A stretch of 64,000 nt of DNA from Hypanus sabinus (taxonomy: Eukaryota): NCBI RefSeq assembly GCF_030144855.1, contig NC_082718.1, positions 6,448,001 through 6,512,000 of the forward strand, given 5' to 3'. The notes beneath the pieces are model-generated. The model had not been told where the DNA came from. It did no database searches and saw only the letters and a program-made list of their open reading frames with translations. The stretch's first letter is position 1, and each line of letters starts with the position of its first letter. Below, piece by piece: positions 63,446 through 64,000 of the stretch. The translations under genes were made by a program, and so were the position numbers.

Positions 63446-63527
63446 TGACCAGGTCTTACGAATCACCATCATCAATGAGGCACAACTCCACCTGGTGAGG
63501 TCCCTTCAGGACGAAGAACACTTGAAT
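63446..63527 (+). CDS. CPA1: Carboxypeptidase A1-like gene, exon 2 (82 nt): (G)DQVLRITIINEAQLHLVRSLQDEEHLN; gene continues beyond the right edge
   Basis: Acceptor ctttcacag| and donor |gtaagt. In phase with exon 1. Confidence 0.93.
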
Positions 63528-64000
63528 GTAAGTTACTGTACATGAATGATTTATTACCGATGAATGCAAAGTCAAAGGTAAAATACTGAAGTTCCCTTTT
63601 CCCACTTATATCAGGAGCGCTCACTCGTCCAATTCTGATTTTGTTTCTTTCTCCACGGGATGTTGCTTGATCTGCTGAATAATTCCAGAACTTTCTTTTT
63701 ATGTCAGATTTCCACACCTGCAGGTTTTTAACTTTCATTAACTTGACTCCATTTTCTTTCCATTTCACTCAGTGGTCTTTGATGCTTTATGCAGGTTTCT
63801 GACTGAAGTTTGCTGGCCGGGACATCTTGCATTACAGTAGATATCTACAGTAAATAAGCTGGGTCTGCAAAGCCTCTCTCTGATCCTGCCCCTTCCCCGC
63901 TCCAACATTAAACCCTTGATGAATGGTGAATCAGTAGAACTGTTGGGATGAAAGATAATGCAAACTTTCAGATTTTTGGGAATGTTTTAGGCCTTCTACT

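Overview
Repeat-rich vertebrate genomic DNA. The repeat families look like those of a cartilaginous fish, probably a ray (inference). Three host genes can be supported. (1) A minus-strand M14A carboxypeptidase A-type gene with coding exons 1-8 at 23659-23592, 18751-18670, 17182-17048, 14016-13918, 10699-10598, 2505-2407, 1992-1882 and 559-469. All have GT-AG boundaries, they join into 787 nt of open frame, and the gene runs off the left edge. (2) An intact single-coding-exon GT11 alpha-1,2-fucosyltransferase (FUT1/FUT2-like, 373 aa) at 50817-49696 on the minus strand. (3) The first two exons of a second, divergently transcribed CPA1-like gene (60437-60501, 63446-63527) with a TATA/GATA/PTF1-like promoter. 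The rest is mostly decayed mobile DNA: CR1, Rex1/Babar, RTE and L1/Tx1 LINEs (one full-length L1 with a 17-bp TSD and nested insertions), Penelope-like elements, Ty3/Gypsy LTRs, Harbinger, Tc1 and hAT MITEs, and tRNA-derived SINEs. The most notable observations are about ten minimal type I hammerhead-ribozyme motifs of two families in Penelope-like termini (all carrying mutations), a markedly cationic CPA paralogue that may use a non-coding first exon from a CpG island, a fucosyltransferase between head-to-head CPA genes, and an LTR end amplified into a 73-bp minisatellite. Most short ORFs in the supplied track are repeat-derived or spurious.
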